Source: Octopus sinensis
Taxonomy: Eukaryota
Assembly: GCF_006345805.1 (NCBI RefSeq)
Contig: NC_043014.1
Location: 38,874,001 to 38,938,000, forward strand
DNA: 64,000 bases
Reading direction: 5' to 3'
Below the pieces are notes generated by a model. The model saw nothing but the letters and a program-made list of their open reading frames with translations. It was not told where the DNA came from and ran no database searches. Below, piece after piece: positions 63,403-64,000 of this stretch; position 1 is the stretch's first letter; each line of letters starts with the position of its first letter. The position numbers were made by a program, and so were the translations under genes.

Positions 63403-64000
63403 TTCTTTATATAATTTTAAAAATCATTTTTATTAAAATTCTTTCTTAAATGTCTTAGACTTACTTCTGTGTTATTTCCACATCTTTTATATATAAAAAA
63501 TTGATTTGTATAGATCTCTAATCTTTTTTCAACCTATATATATATATGTGTGTGCGCGCGCGTGTGTATGTATGTATGTATGTGTGTATGTATGTATGTA
63601 TGTATGTATGTATGTATGTATGTATGTATGTTCACATATATATATATTCTTTTATACGTTTCAGCGCTTAGGCTGCGGCCGTGTTACGTATGAATATATT
63701 ATATGTATTTATATATTAAATGCTTGTTATTATGTGAAGTTATACACAAAAACAATTTAACATTACATATAAGAATTGTTCAGTACTTTTTAGTAGAGTA
63801 CACATTTATTAAATTTTAGGTTGACTGACGGCTTGGAAACCGAAAATTCGAAGTCACTGTTAATATTTTCGACAGACAGACAGACGGACGGACCGACAGA
63901 TAGATAGGCATACTGGCTTACTTACACAAGTGTCTCCCCACCGACTTTGTTTCCTCAGAACTTTCAGAAAAAATGGATATTTTTTAATGAGATTTTCTAC

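Overview
AT-rich, repeat-saturated animal DNA with no intact protein-coding gene recognisable. The tRNA-headed SINE families, RTE-LINE tails and heavy (TA)n/(TATG)n/(GAT)n load suggest an octopus genome (inference, not database-checked). Nearly all ORF-track entries are microsatellite or SINE artefacts. Protein-coding remnants are all transposon-derived: a 5'-truncated Penelope-like element (PLE; RT plus GIY-YIG, 59986-61142), mariner/Tc1 and pogo fragments, RTE, CR1 and R4/Dong-like LINE 3' ends, and a Gypsy integrase tail. Non-coding elements include Helitron-type elements, a solo LTR and several MITEs. The most interesting signal is a dispersed set of minimal type I hammerhead-ribozyme-like motifs, read by hand, in several (TA)n-associated repeat families. 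They have palindromic helix III, covarying helix I, and all three pairings of the core 3:8 tertiary pair (C:G, G:C, U:A), plus an A6U family. Four cluster within 1.5 kb downstream of the PLE, and related TA-flanked fragments form near-perfect fold-back palindromes. SINE and LINE boundaries are approximate (about 10 bp); TSD, TIR and ribozyme coordinates were counted by hand.
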